Source: Callorhinchus milii
Lineage: Eukaryota
Assembly (NCBI RefSeq): GCF_018977255.1
Contig: NW_024704742.1
Location: forward strand, 75,704,001 to 75,768,000
Direction of reading: 5' to 3'
Length of the DNA stretch: 64,000 bases
Made by a program: the position numbers and the translations under genes. The notes beneath the pieces are model-generated. The model was not told where the DNA came from. It was given only the letters and a program-made list of their open reading frames with translations, and did not search any database. Positions 48,201-61,592 of the stretch are shown here, one piece after another; positions within the stretch are counted from its first letter, which is position 1, and each line of letters opens with the position of its first letter.

Positions 48201-48930
48201 CAACCAGAACAATTGCTGTAACACATTTGGACCAATTGATCATTCTTATGAGAATGCTTTTAAATGAATCAAGTTCGTGGATAATATAAAAAATTGTAAA
48301 TCCCAGAGCAAGAAGTAGATAGGTACAGTGCATTTGCATAAAAAGATGTGTGTATATAATGAAAATCTTAATTATATAAAATGGATATGCCAAATCCCAA
48401 TGGCAATGGTATAAGCAGCAGTAGCTCATACAGACCAGAATGACATTGTTTCATATCACAGTCTGTGCTAAGATAGCTGATCTCAGCCAGGGCGTCAGTT
48501 GGAGAACTACAATTGGTTTCAACAGTAATGGGCTGGGGAGAGGGCAACAGGCCAAGGTTTCTCCTTCTGATAACTATCCAGAGATCTTTGCTGGAAGATG
48601 CAGTAGTATAGATGTCAGGTAAGAACAGGATTATGCTTGTCTGTAGGTTCCCGCATTCAAATAATTTGCCAACACTCATGTAATGGCCATTTGGAAGTTA
48701 CTGGTTGGGGTGGGGGGAACTCCCACGGATATGTACCGCCAGTAGAAGGGAAAAATAGGACTCAAAATCCTTCAGGAGGAGAGGGCAAAGAAAGTCAGAA
48801 GAGACAAAAAAAGTCAAAATGACAAACATAATAAATTGTGTGCCCCAATATGAAATATGTTTCTGAGAGTTGAATTCTCAACTTCAAGGAGTTAAGGACA
48901 AATGAGAACATATTTGACAGGTAAGCACCA

Positions 48931-49344
48931 AATAATAGTAATAATAATCCTTGCATTTGATATAGCGCTTTTCACGTCTTCTAGACATCTCAAAGCGCTT
49001 CACAGAACATACTATAACGTGATTTGACTGTAATAATAATAATAATCCTTGCATTTGATATAGCGCTTTTCACGTCGGGAGGACGTCCCAAAGCGCTTCA
49101 CAGAACACACTGTAAAGTGAATTGACTGTATATTTGTGGGCGAACGCGGCAGCCAATTGCGCACAGCAGTGTCCCACAAACAGCCTTGGATTGAAGTGAA
49201 CAATTTATTATTGTTTTTTTTCTTGAGAGATTATTATCAGGCTTGTGGAGTAAGGAAACTTGCCTAAGGTTTCAGCCTGCCAGGATCGAACCCAGGTCTC
49301 TCGCTTGTGAGGCAAGAGCTCTAACCACTGAGCTACAGGACTCC
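48931..49344 (-). mobile_element. SINE with two tandem 3' tails
   Basis: Tail repeated at 48931-49030 and 49031-49130. Confidence 0.88.
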
Positions 49345-49494
49345 AAATGACAAGTCCAACCATTTTCTATACAATTGATTGCTGCTCCTGTAGCTTTATC
49401 TACAGTATCCATTTTCCCTTGGAGAGTTTCCAATCTCGATGCTAACTAAAGATTAACTGATGCTTGTCAAAAATGTAAATTAATTTAAGTACAA

Positions 49495-50110
49495 TACAAA
49501 ACAAAATTACATTTGTAAAGTGCCTTTCACGTCGGGAAGACATCCCAAGGTGCTAAACAGTCAGGGATAGGAACTGGGGGGGGGGGGGGTTGGGATCAGT
49601 GAGGGCAGAGAGGATGCACGGTCAATGAGGAGGATCTTGAGGTGTGCCTTGAAGGAGGCAAGGGAGGCAGAGAGAATGTGGAATGGAGTTCCAGAGGGTG
49701 GGGCAGAGATGCTGAAGGCCTGACCACTGATGGTGGGGTGGGCCAGGCGGGGTACATGGATCAGACTGGAGCCTGCTGAGCGGAGGGAGCAGACAGGTTG
49801 ATCAGAGGTTAGCAGTTCGGAGAGGTAGGAGGGGACAAGGCCACGGAGGCCCATGAAGGCAAGGATGAGAATTTTGAACTCGATCTTCCAAGGGATGGGG
49901 AGCCAGTGGAGCCGAGCGAGGGTGGGGGTTATAGGGACACGAGCTGCAGAGTTCTGGATGATCTGCAGCTTATGGAGGGAAGAGTTAGGAAGGCCGACAA
50001 GCAGGGGGTTGGCATTGTCGAGCCTGGTTGTAATGAAGGCATATATAAGGGATTTGGTGGCCTGAGGGGTGAGGCAGTGGTGGAGTCGGCCAATGTTGTG
50101 GAGGTGGGGG
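49495..50110 (-). mobile_element. L2 LINE 3' fragment
   Basis: LQIIQNSAARV...LHWLPIP.KIEFKIL; tail present. Confidence 0.87.
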
Positions 50111-50912
50111 AAGTAATAAAGTATATCAATATAAGGACAATTTCAATAACAAAGGCCAATTCCACTAATAGTTCACACCACTCAAATTAGGCACACTATC
50201 ATGAATACTTCTGAAGTTTCTTGAAATTAATCCAATGTTGTACACAGGAAGGTGACTAACAATTAGAAAGCAAGACTGATTTATCATTGAAGGACCATAG
50301 CATTAAGAGCATCTTCATCATAATTTTGCATATCACCTTGACAATGGAGAATAACTTAACAATAAATAGACTGATTTATTTTGACAACCCCCCCACCCCA
50401 CACACACACTCCAAACCACATAGAACTACACAGCCCTTTATCTTCCCTGCACCAGGATCCATAAACATATGGCCCCTATCCTCAACCTGCTCCACTGGCT
50501 TTCCTAGCAGATCAAAATTTAAGATCTATGACCTCACCTTCAAATGCCTCCATGGCCTTACACCACCCTATCTCTGGATAACAATCTTTGCAATTTGATT
50601 CAATGCCTTATATCATGTTGTTAAGACATCTTTAAACACTTCAAAGTTTTACTGCAGCACAGCAATGTCCCACATACAACCATGAAGAGAATAGCCATTT
50701 TTTTTTCTCTGGGTGATTGTTGACCAGGACACCAAGAGAAAGATAGTCTCTGGTATTAGCAGAGGCACCTTGTCAGCTGGCGGGCAGGATCTGGCAGGAG
50801 CCAAGCAGGATAGCCTCAATTTTGTTGACGTTGAGTTGGAAAAGTGAATATTTGTCAAAACAGCAGAGGTCCTGGAGTTGAGGGTCCAGGAGTTGAGGGC
50901 GCAGGGCACCAC

Positions 50913-51240
50913 ATAATAGAGGTTTTCAAGATCATGAGAGGATTTGATAGGTTGAACCAGGAAAAAATGTTTCCACTGGCATGTGAGTCAGTAACCCGAG
51001 GACACCGATTTAAGTTGTTAAAAGAAACAGAGGGGAGGTTAGGAAACATTTTTTCACCCAGCTAGTTGTTCGGATCTGGAATGCATTACCTGCATGGGTA
51101 GATGGGTATTTGGGGAGGACAAGATTGTAGGGCTATGGAGAGAAAGCAGACCAGTGGGATTGAGTTGGATTGCTCTTTTTGGAGCCAATGCAGACACGAT
51201 GGGCTGAATGGCCTCTTTCTGTGCTGTATTGATTCTATGC
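50913..51240 (+). mobile_element. CR1 LINE 3' end nested in degenerate L2 sequence (~50750-52000, minus)
   Basis: IEVFKIMRGFDRLNQEKMFPL..SVTRGHRFKL; CR1-type end GATGGGCTGAATGGCCT...GTGCTGTA..GATTCTATG. Confidence 0.82.
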
Positions 51241-53851
51241 TGGGGTGGTGCCATACCTGTAGATATCACCAAGGGCAGCACATGGAAGAGAAAAGGAGCA
51301 CTTGAGAAAGGAGCACTGAGGAACACCATTCTTGACTGTTAAGGGGTAGTAGAAGCTGTTAGGAAGATGTAGAAGACACTGGGACAGGTTGGAGTGAAAC
51401 CTAGTAACGTAGAGCTGCAGAGATGTACTTGGGAGAGATGGTGAAGCCTGGAGTCAAAAGTGGCAAATTGATCATGGAGGCACAGAGAGCCCTGGCCTTA
51501 AACAGAGAGGATGTTGGTTGTGAGTAGGGGTTGGAATCCCGGGTCCATTATGGTACGAGTGGTCCCAGAATCTCAGGATTGTGTAAAGGTTGAGCTTGGA
51601 TGGACAGAGGAGGCAGGTTTCCCTGAGATGAACATTGCCAGGAGTGGTCGGACAGGTGTTTAACCTCCTAGGGCCCTCCCCTTGGAGGGACGAGCTCTCT
51701 GAAATACTCCGCTGGTGCGGAGTACCATTACAGGGGGCCTCGGGATCCCAAGATTTGGATAATTAAAATTCTGGGATTCTAAAGGAGCACCAGGATTGCA
51801 ACCCCGAGTTGACTTTGGCCAACGCTGTCGGTGCCTATGGCCGGAGTGAAGCCAGACTGGAGAGATCCATACAGGAAGTGGAAGGACTGATGCTGGGTGG
51901 TAATGGCAACAATGTGCTCCAGTATCTTGCAAAAGAAGAGTGGGTTGAAGATGGTGATACTGGAGATGAGGAGTCAAGTGGAGGTTTTTTTGAGGGGAGT
52001 TAACGACAGCAGATTTTGAAGGAGTACTGTGCTAAAGGGAGAGATAATGAATAAATATTATTGTACTCAAAGAAAGCCTCAATTTTGTAAAGTACAGTAG
52101 CTTTTTTGAGAAAACAATTTATTGGTCTGCTCAAATTCACACATGCAGCAGGAAACCAGAATAAAATGGGTTCTGGGACGCTACCCTGCATGAGGTGAGC
52201 TATATAAATGCAAGTTATTGTTTTGAAAACAAATGTTTGGGAATTGCATTCAGTGCTTTGGAAGAGAAGAGAGGAACAGAAATCCCAAAATAACATGTCA
52301 AAACCTTACAATGTGCACACTTAAAATAGCTTTATTTGATATGTTGAGAGGAGGATACATTAAATATATATTACAATCAGCAATTCAGATCTACAATGGG
52401 AACTCAGCATTGATTTCACATTGACAGTAGGAAGTACAAGAATTAACAGCAGAGTTAAGAAGAGTCAATTTTTGGATGTATTCACAAATTGTAACAAATT
52501 GATTTGGTTATCAGTTCAAGTTGTGTAATATTGCTCTGCTGAGTCTGTGGCTGTGTTATTTGAATATTTTCAAATGCAAAATCTCTATATTATGTAAATG
52601 GAAGATATTTAAATATCTTAAAGTATATCTTAAGTAATTAATCCCAGGAGTTTAAATTAACATCACATGAATCAGCCCGATACCCGACATACTAGTCATA
52701 TTAGATGACAGGTCTTTCAAAGAGTTTTTCTATGCTTGGTCTTTCCCAGTATCTCTGAAAAATTCCAGTACTGGGATTAATTATAGTTCCACATGGGATT
52801 TTTTCTAATCATATGTACAGTGGCATTAATTCAACAAGACTCAGTGCAAAACTAAAGTAGTTCTTGAGAACTACAGAACGTCAGCAATAACTATACAATA
52901 TTCACACAAAGATTTGTTTTTGTACTGGTGTACGTGCAACAGTGATTAATCCCAGGAATTTCTACATAATCCTTAATCCTTAATATAAGGAATATGTCAA
53001 TATACCACTCTACTGTTCTCACTTTGATAGGAAAGAGAGAGAAAGTGACAAAAATTCTTATTGAATCAATCTTACGAAAACAATTCTTTAGACGTACAAT
53101 TGAAAAATCTGAAGGTGAATATATCTAAAATTTGAGGACTTAATGTGTAAGGAATGCATTAAATACAGAGCATCATTGTTATGCAAGTACTGTATTCATA
53201 TTGAAAACTATTTTGTTGTAACTACTAAAATCCCAATGTATAAAACTTCAAGTAAGAGAGACATTAATGGGGCTGTTTTCACAATTATTCCAATTCAGTC
53301 TAAACAGCTGGGGCTTGAGATCACTCAGTTTGTATGACCCACTATACCAAGATATAGTACTGCAGGAAAGGTGATCAATAATGCCCTTAATAGGCAGCGC
53401 TGTATTCGAAACAGTGCTGTGGTCTCCAGAGTAGGTCATGATCACCTTCAGGGGTCAGATGCAACAGTACCTGAGACAGCAGGATAAATGGTCCCTTCCT
53501 GCCACCCGTTTATTTTAATTCCGAAATAAATAGCAACGCTATAGTTAAATACTAGTTAAACCACGCTGCTATGTTACATTAACTGTATCAGATTAATTCA
53601 TATGTAGTTTTTTTTTTAAAAAACACACAAAGCCAATCTAGAATGCACTATTATTGTATATGATTTGAGTGGTCAGGATCTACACATCAGCCACTGAAGA
53701 CTGCCTTTGTGTAAACAGCCCAACTGGGTCACAACTGAGAACTTCCACAGTAAGGCTCTGATATCAAGATTTTATCTTTTAACAAAAAATTCAAAATTGT
53801 TCCTGTACAACAAACGCTTACATTTTTAAGTTAACATAAAATGACACTGGC

Positions 53852-53976
53852 TCAGCCACCTCGATATAGTTCATTTAATCTTGCCAGTTTATCACAACTT
53901 TCCAACCGCATGAGTTCCGCCTTCTTTCGACGTTTCTCGTCTCTGTATACTTTGGCCACATAAAACAAGTCGTTCC
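53852..53976 (-). CDS. DNAJB14: DNAJB14 last coding exon
   Basis: [40 protein letters not shown]; 125 nt. Confidence 0.93.
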
Positions 53977-56900
53977 CTTTAAATAGAAAACAAGAACAAA
54001 AGCTGAGTATACAAGAAGATCAGGAATAATGGCTTTTGTATACTAATCTCTAATGAGTCAACATACTTGTGAATCAACAGTAACGCAAAATAACTATTTT
54101 ATATGTGAAAGTTTATATGAAAAGTAATATATTGTAAGTGTAGAGTTAATGATTAAGGGAAATGAATGCATTAGAGGAGGAGGTTAAGCTAAATCAGGTC
54201 TTGTCATTTATAAACAAATGCAAGGAGTCACAGGGATAACATTGGAGATTGAGATTCATGCTCGGATGGAAGCTTATGACCTAATGAGCATTACAAAGAC
54301 TCAGCTAAATAATGATGAGGGAATGTTAATTTACATGGGTACACATTCCATTGTTTTTGTTTGATTTTTGCACCATCTCCATAGATTTGGCCCTCTAAAT
54401 CTGAGAATACAAAATAACAATAATAATAATCCTTGCATTTGATATAGCGCTTTTCACGTCTTCTAGATGTCTCAAAGCACTTCACAGAATATACTGTAAA
54501 GTGAATTGACTGTATATTTGTGGTGAAATGCGGCAGCCAATTGCGCACAGCAGTGTCCCACAAACAGTCGTGGATTGAAGTGACCAATTTATAATTGTTT
54601 TTTTTTCTTGAGAGATTATTATCAGGCATGTGGAGCAAAGAAACTTTCCCAAGGTTTCGCCTTGACCGGAATTGAACCCAGGTCTCTCGCTTGCAAGGCG
54701 AGTGCTCTAACCACTGAGCTACAGGACTCCAAAATGGTGCAAGCACATCAAGCAGGCACTTACTGGGGACTATAGCACAATATTTGTTAACAGGAGTCAC
54801 AAATGGCAAAGATCAAAAAATCTTTGACTTTAGGTACTGTCAAGGGTTTCCTAATACATAACTTGTCAGACTAAAACTATGGGAAGAGCACCAAGTTGCT
54901 CTTTGAAGAAAGAGGAAGCATTTGCTGGATGGGCAACTGAGTGCACAGAAAGAATCCTATCCAGTAAGTGTCCAGCTAATTGATACCTCTTCCGGTCTAC
55001 TTAATAGCGTGAAAAGTGCATTTAAGTAATATTCCTACATTTGAGCCATTATTCCTTGAAGATCATAATCACCGACAACAGACTGAGAATCAGTACAAGA
55101 AGCTATTGAAGAACTCTTTTAAAAAGACTGAAATCTGCAAAGACTTACTCTCCTGCCTTTCTTTCCAGCAGTTATTGCGTAGGTTGGCTATGTAATCCTC
55201 TTCAACACTCTTTTCTATTTTTTGTATCGAAACACCTGTGTATTCTTTGTCGAAGTCTTTGTTGACGAAATAAACCACATTCAGGTTGCTGGTCTGTTTC
55301 CTGACCGTGTGACCCATACCACTGTAAACACAAGAACAGTTATTAGCCAACATAGCAAGGAATTGTTCAGTTGACTGAAGAAACCAGCTTGTTGCAAGTT
55401 GCAACTTAATAGTCTGAGACAGAAGAGCACTCTCCAGAACAAGGTTCAATATGTTTAGTGCTCGCAACCTTCTAACTTTTCACTTCTCTTAAGATAGTGA
55501 CAGTACAAATGAATTGTATTGGGATATATTTTAATAATAAATAATAATACTTGCATTTGATATAGCGCTCATCACGTCATTGAGATGTTTCAAAATACTT
55601 CACAGAACGTACTGTAAAGTTAATTAATTTTATATTCTGTGCATGAAATACAGCAGCCAATTGCGCACAGCAGTGTCCCACAAACAGTTGTGGATTGAGT
55701 AACCAAACATTTATTTTGGAAGGGATTATTACCCTCAGAAAGCGATCCACCAATCGACTAACAACTGGGTTCCTACTTACTGCTAGGTAAACAAAGGCAC
55801 GTGGAGTAAGAAAACTTGCCTAAGATTTCGCCTTGCCTGGGAATCGAACCTGGGTCCTCTCGTTTGTGAGGTCAGTCCTCTAACCAATATGCTACAGAAC
55901 TCCATGTGGTGTGCTAACACTGGTGGATAATTTAGCCACCTTAAGATGAACACAGACAGGTCCCTGAGTATGCTGGAGGTGGATTTTTAACCCGCCCTTC
56001 AGTCCCCTTCTCAGTACCCAATACCTGACAAGCCAACCATGCTTTAGATTGCAGGTAGCAGGATACCAGCCTAACTAACCCCAAATATTAGAGTAAAGCC
56101 TAACTGGCAGCTCACTGCTGTGATCTGTAGATTCAATTGTTTCAGGCCTCTGATGTGAAAAATTATAAATTGAGGCCGACAGCACGCAGATTTTGTGCTC
56201 CTTCCCAAGATGCCTTAACAATTAGAATTATAAAACTAAAAAAAATTCAAACAAGCAGAAGCTATCCTCCCTCAGATACTGGAGAGATATTCAGTACCCG
56301 GCAATTTTTTTTAATGGAATGCCCCCGAGATATAAATTAATAAATCACCAAAAATATACCCCAAATCTTTTAACCAAGTGGAAGCAGATCTTTCATTTTT
56401 ATAGTGATTATAAATGCTGAAGTGCTTCACGGTAGTTACTTCATGTGCAATGACTTTTTGAAGATAAATGTAAGTGCCGTTTTGCACACAGCAAAGTCAG
56501 ATAAACAGTCACAAGGCCAATGACAGAGTATACTGGAGGACTGTTGGCCAGTAAGCCAGGAGAAACTCCTGCCTATTTTACAAGAGTCACAGGATCTTTA
56601 ACAGCCACCTGGAAAGGCAGATGGGACCTCATTGAAAAGTCTCATCAAAAGAATAGCATCTCTGACAATAGAGCACTCCCAGGACTGCAGCGCAATGTCA
56701 GCATAGACTGCGCTCATGTCCCTATGTGTGACTTTGACCCCATAACCTTCTGAACCAAAGGCAAAAGTACTGCTACCAACTGAACTAGGCTGACACCTAA
56801 ACACATTGGTGAATTATCCACAAGAGAAATAAAAGACCCAATGAAACACTTAGTAACCTATAATTGTTTTATAAAAGAAAATAATTCTTCACATGGAATA

Positions 56901-57801
56901 ATCAAAAATATCCTGTGGAACCCTTAACCATCAGGAAGATTTCCACAAGCGTCACTAATAACTAACTGACCCCCAAAAAATGGTGAAGACTAGCCCGACA
57001 GACTGCTTCTCTGAAAGGGTAGGCTGGAACATGCACTTAACAGTTCCAATACAAATAACTAGAGGTTGCTATCACAGAGTATTTTTGAATAAAATTTGAA
57101 GATCCATCTTTTCGCCCATGCTTTTGGTCATCTTCCTTGCTCTACACCCACCCAACCCCATCTCGGGTTCCCAGTCAGCTGTCTGAAGCTTTTGAGACAT
57201 ACTGCAGACATGGAAGGTGCAACATAAATGTAGATTAGAATTTAACAAGATTGTGGACAGAGTTACAGGGCAGTTACGTAAGAAATAGTCAGCAATACTT
57301 ACGCTCTATGGTACAGACTGTATGGAGGATTAGTTACAAGTAACTGGCTCATAACAGATACCAGGATCAAGATAATTATAGGTAGCAACTGAATGAACAT
57401 CGAAAATCCTCCCTGTGAAGTAAAGGAAAAAATTTAAGATATCATTTCCCTCATTCAACCCTATATTTTTCTTTAAAAATAGTTTTGAAAAATGCACACT
57501 TCATCCTACCCCAATTAAACAAAATTCTTTACAGGACATCAAATTGTAGGCACAGATTCTAAATGCTGAACATTAGATATTAAGAATGGTTCGGAAAGTC
57601 ATTAATTTTTTTCCTAATAATAACAATCCTTGCATTTGATGTAACACCTTATCGCTTCTCAAAGACATAAAAATAAATAATTTTTTCCTCTCATTAGAAC
57701 GATGGAAGTTGGATTAGGTGTAAGAGTTTGGAACACTCCTTTTCTCGCCCAATGTGGCCTGCACCATGTCCCAGTCTTACCCCCCAACCACCAACACCCC
57801 A

Positions 57802-57833
<32 letters not shown>

Positions 57834-60800
57834 TTTCACTGATTTCTTCCTGTTACACCTACTCACATGAATATGTGATTTTGGATGTACTTTCCTTGCT
57901 GCCTATAGTAGTGACCAGTCAAAACATGCAAACTGAGATACCATGTGTTAGAATGCTATTTTCTCCCACAAGGCCATCACAATCCTGACCCTGTTCTCAT
58001 ACATACAGGGTCAAAAGTTAACTATTGACAGATCCCCCTCCCGCCCACCCCACACAACCCCCCCAATAATGCCAAGGTCATTAAAGCTGATTTTATTGCA
58101 GTGCCACTATAACCTCAGGTGAAATAGTCTGTCTAACTCAGCACAGATCAGGTATTGAAACTGGTGTCTTCCTGGTTTGTTTGGCTCAGTATTACACCAT
58201 CTGCTGATCAATATAGCTGCTCACGCTTAAAGGCTTGGCTCACAGGCTCTACTAGAAATTGATTCCAGTTTGTGAGGTGAAGCAGGTGAGCCCGTCCCAA
58301 AAATCACATCAGTCTGAAAAACATTGTGAAGAGATTGTCTCTGCCCAAAACTACTGGTTAGAGCTATAAAAGGGGCAACTCTAATATCTACATTTACAAG
58401 AATCTCGCAAAGAACTGATAAGAGAATACATACATCACCTCGCTCCTCTTCTTGTTGAGTTCTATGGAAGGGGGCTTGAGATGTGAATCTTGCTCTTCCA
58501 TTGGAATATGCATGCGTATTGCCTGAAAGAATGAATGTTCACGGCCCAGCCTGTCATCACACTGGTACTTAACAAAACACAGTCCTGTACAGAGATTTTA
58601 TTGATTCCGCCAATAGACTAAAAATTGCCCTTCTCCACAGATACAACTGAAAGACGATTGTATATTTAAAATCTAAAGGTAGTCCAGTGTTATGAGGGGC
58701 ACACAAAGAAATCCCCAAATTATTCTGTAAGCATGAAGCTCTTGTTTTAAAGATAGACATCACATTTTTGTTATGTCATGCAAAGTAAGTTTCATCGATG
58801 CACTATTTTCACTTGTACGACCTTGAAACTATTTATAAAGACTGAGATTTATTTGCTCCCATCCTCTTTTACAATTGGACCCTGCTTTTCACATGCCCCA
58901 TTATACCATGTACCCACAGCTTCCAGCACTAACTGGCTGGCTTCCTGTGTAGAACATGGGAAGTGATGTCATGTCAGCAGCCCTTCCTGCATGGCAAATA
59001 ATGTCAATAACGTTCCCGGTGCAGAAAGTGATGATTTTGTCTCACAATCCATTATAATTTTGGGTCTGGTTTTATGGACTTAAACCAGCACCATTATAAC
59101 TATATACTGTGTTTTTTATCCTGCCCTCTTGAAGGGGATGACTCATGCTGGTAAATCTGGCATACACTGCAAGTGACTTCTGCTTTGGTAATTCAGACAA
59201 GTAACCAGTCATCATGTGTGAGCCTTGAAATCAATGTCAACAGGTTATTCCAGTAAGGGAATCCCAGTTCAACCTAATCCTACCCTCACTCAACACACAC
59301 ACAGACACTTTCCAGCAGAGGTCACTAAATAACAATCACAGCAGGAATCTCTGGCTGTTTCGTTCCTCTCTCTAGCTCAGCCACCGAGGCCAACTGTAGA
59401 GTTTCTACAGCTGATGTTGTTGTCAAAATAAAAAAACACTGTGTAGGGAAAAATGAGCCCCACCACTCTGATGTGCTTCATTGGGACTGTGACCACAGCC
59501 TCAAATAGATATTTTTCTCTCCAAAAGGAACCCAGTGATTAATAAAGAGAAAGAAATTTGTGAACTTGGGTTAACATTTGGTTAAGTATTACAAAACAAT
59601 CTACTCTAATAGCTTGACTGTGCAACTAGCACAAACTTAACAATGGAAAGTTTTATATTTATAGCATCTTATCACGTCTCAAGTATGTTACGATAATTAT
59701 GGTCAAGTAATTTTTGTAGGCAAACATGCCAGCCATTTTGCAACAGCAAAGTCTCATGCACAGGCATGAAGTGAATGCCCAATTTATCTGACTAGTGACA
59801 CACTTTTAATTACTGGAAGGATACCTGTTTTTTATTTGTAGTTGTTTACTACCGGAGAATCCAGTTAAACCATGAAGCTTCTTGATCAATGTACCTGTTT
59901 ATGAATTACTCCAGCTGGATGCTTTGGAGATTTGTGAGGGGGCAAATTTAAAAATAAAATTTATTTTTTTTAAATGGATTTTGCATTAGATTGCCCTTTA
60001 AAATCATTACAATACAATTGACAGTTATATAGCCATGAAACAGATTTTTTTTTATGTTGTTATGTTGATGTATGTTACACAATTATTTCCACATTCCAGA
60101 TAGATGGCCAAGCCCAACATGCCCACTGGCACTTACTACCTTGTCACTTAGTGACCAATTACAAAAGCTATTAGTCTGAGTGGTAGAGAGCATGTATTCA
60201 ACCGTACCTGCAGGGAATCCTCCTCCAAAGAACATGTTAAATAAATCTTCTGGAGTAATATCAGATTCATAATTCCTGTGGAATTCAAAGCCTCCATTCC
60301 CTCCAGAGGCTGACATCTTCTCACCATATTGGTCGTAATCTTTTCGTTTCACGGGGTTACTGAGAACACCATAGGCATTTCCAATTGCTGCAAATTATAA
60401 AGAAAGAGATAACATCACTATTTTTTTGTGACCTGTGGACCCCTGGTTCACACCAACCGCAAGAGTCCACCCAAATTTCAGTGGTATATTCACAAGTTTG
60501 GTTTTGTATGAAGAAGGCTCTTCTGATCTTATTGCTCTGGAATACTCAAACCCTACTGTGTTCCCATTCCAGAATCAAGTTATTTTTTGAATCAAAGTCG
60601 TCAAAAACAATATCATCTGTCAAGCTTATGCCAAGATCATCACTTTACACTTAAACATCTTGACTTGTGCAATATTTTTCTACTCGATTATCATTCATTT
60701 TTATCCACAAATCACTGGTTCCCCAAGTGTATCTGTTACACTCTCGCTCTCTATCGACATGCATCTAATACACAGTCTGTATGTCCAGATGTCGGTCTGT

Positions 60801-61510
60801 TACAGTCTTCTCCTCTAGATATACATCTGTGTTATGGATTCTTAATATGTTAAAGCCTTAACCCAACACCTGAATTTCTCTAACTAATAAAAGGAGGGGG
60901 ATCTTGATTAACTCAAGTATGAAACTCTCAAATAAGTTAGTTTTTTTTGAAAATTCTACAATTTCAGAGACTATTTCTATTTCTCCATTTCAAAAGTATA
61001 AACACAAAAATGGCCCACAAAATACAAGGAAAAAAACACAAAATTAAGAATGAATTGTGAAGTGAGGGTGGGGGAAATAAGAAGCAGCTACAAACCAAAG
61101 CAGAATCACTGGCTACACATATGAAAAAAGTCATCACCTGCATTTCTTCCACACACACACACAACTGTTACTCTTCCTGCCTCCATGTGTTTACTCTCAT
61201 ATCCCCACCCACCCCTCAGCCTCAGTATTTACTTCCATTACGTTTACTCCTTTGTCTACCAGTTATCCTTTCCCTCACTGCAGCAATAACAACAATAATC
61301 CTTGCATTTGATATAGCGCCTTATCACGTTGTTCAGTAATAGTCCTACAAGCTTCACAGCTCACCTTTAAAGGCCTCAGTTGCCCCAGGGGCATGATTCT
61401 TATCAGGATGAAACTTCCGTGCTAATTGTTTATATGCTTTCTTCAGATCATCATCAGTCGCATCCTTTGTGAGTCCCAGTATCTCATAGTAATCTTTACA
61501 TCTTTTTATC
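53852..61510 (-). CDS. DNAJB14: DnaJ homolog subfamily B member 14, last six coding exons (J domain, TM segment, DUF1977 region); 5' exons outside window
   Basis: Exons 61365-61510, 60208-60387, 58434-58522, 57303-57412, 55149-55321 and 53852-53976 join in frame. HPD motif present; C-terminus LYRGG*. Adjacency to LAMTOR3/DAPP1 favours DNAJB14 over its paralogue DNAJB12. Confidence 0.93.
54414..54730 (-). mobile_element. Full-length SINE
   Basis: Family consensus on minus strand. Confidence 0.92.
55149..55321 (-). CDS. DNAJB14: DNAJB14 exon (lumenal DUF1977 region)
   Basis: [57 protein letters not shown]; 173 nt. Confidence 0.95.
55533..55903 (-). mobile_element. Full-length long-form SINE (~370 bp)
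   Basis: Head, ~60-bp extra segment, Deu core and tail. Confidence 0.88.
56410..56796 (-). mobile_element. SacSINE1-like Deu-SINE
   Basis: Same motifs, diverged. Further fragments at ~7860-8235, ~28510-28765 and ~62930-63150. Confidence 0.7.
57303..57412 (-). CDS. DNAJB14: DNAJB14 exon (transmembrane segment)
   Basis: [36 protein letters not shown]; 110 nt. Confidence 0.95.
58434..58522 (-). CDS. DNAJB14: DNAJB14 exon
   Basis: [29 protein letters not shown]; cag|...|gtatgt; 89 nt, phases fit neighbouring exons. Confidence 0.9.
60208..60387 (-). CDS. DNAJB14: DNAJB14 exon (J-domain end, G/F region)
   Basis: [59 protein letters not shown]; 180 nt. Confidence 0.95.
61365..61510 (-). CDS. DNAJB14: DNAJB14 exon (J domain)
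   Basis: [48 protein letters not shown]; cag|...|gtgag; 146 nt. Confidence 0.95.
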
Positions 61511-61592
61511 CTGTGGAGAGATTAGACCATTAAATTATAGAAACAAACCCCACAAAGCAACGATTTATAGACTTCCACCATTCAGAAGAAGA

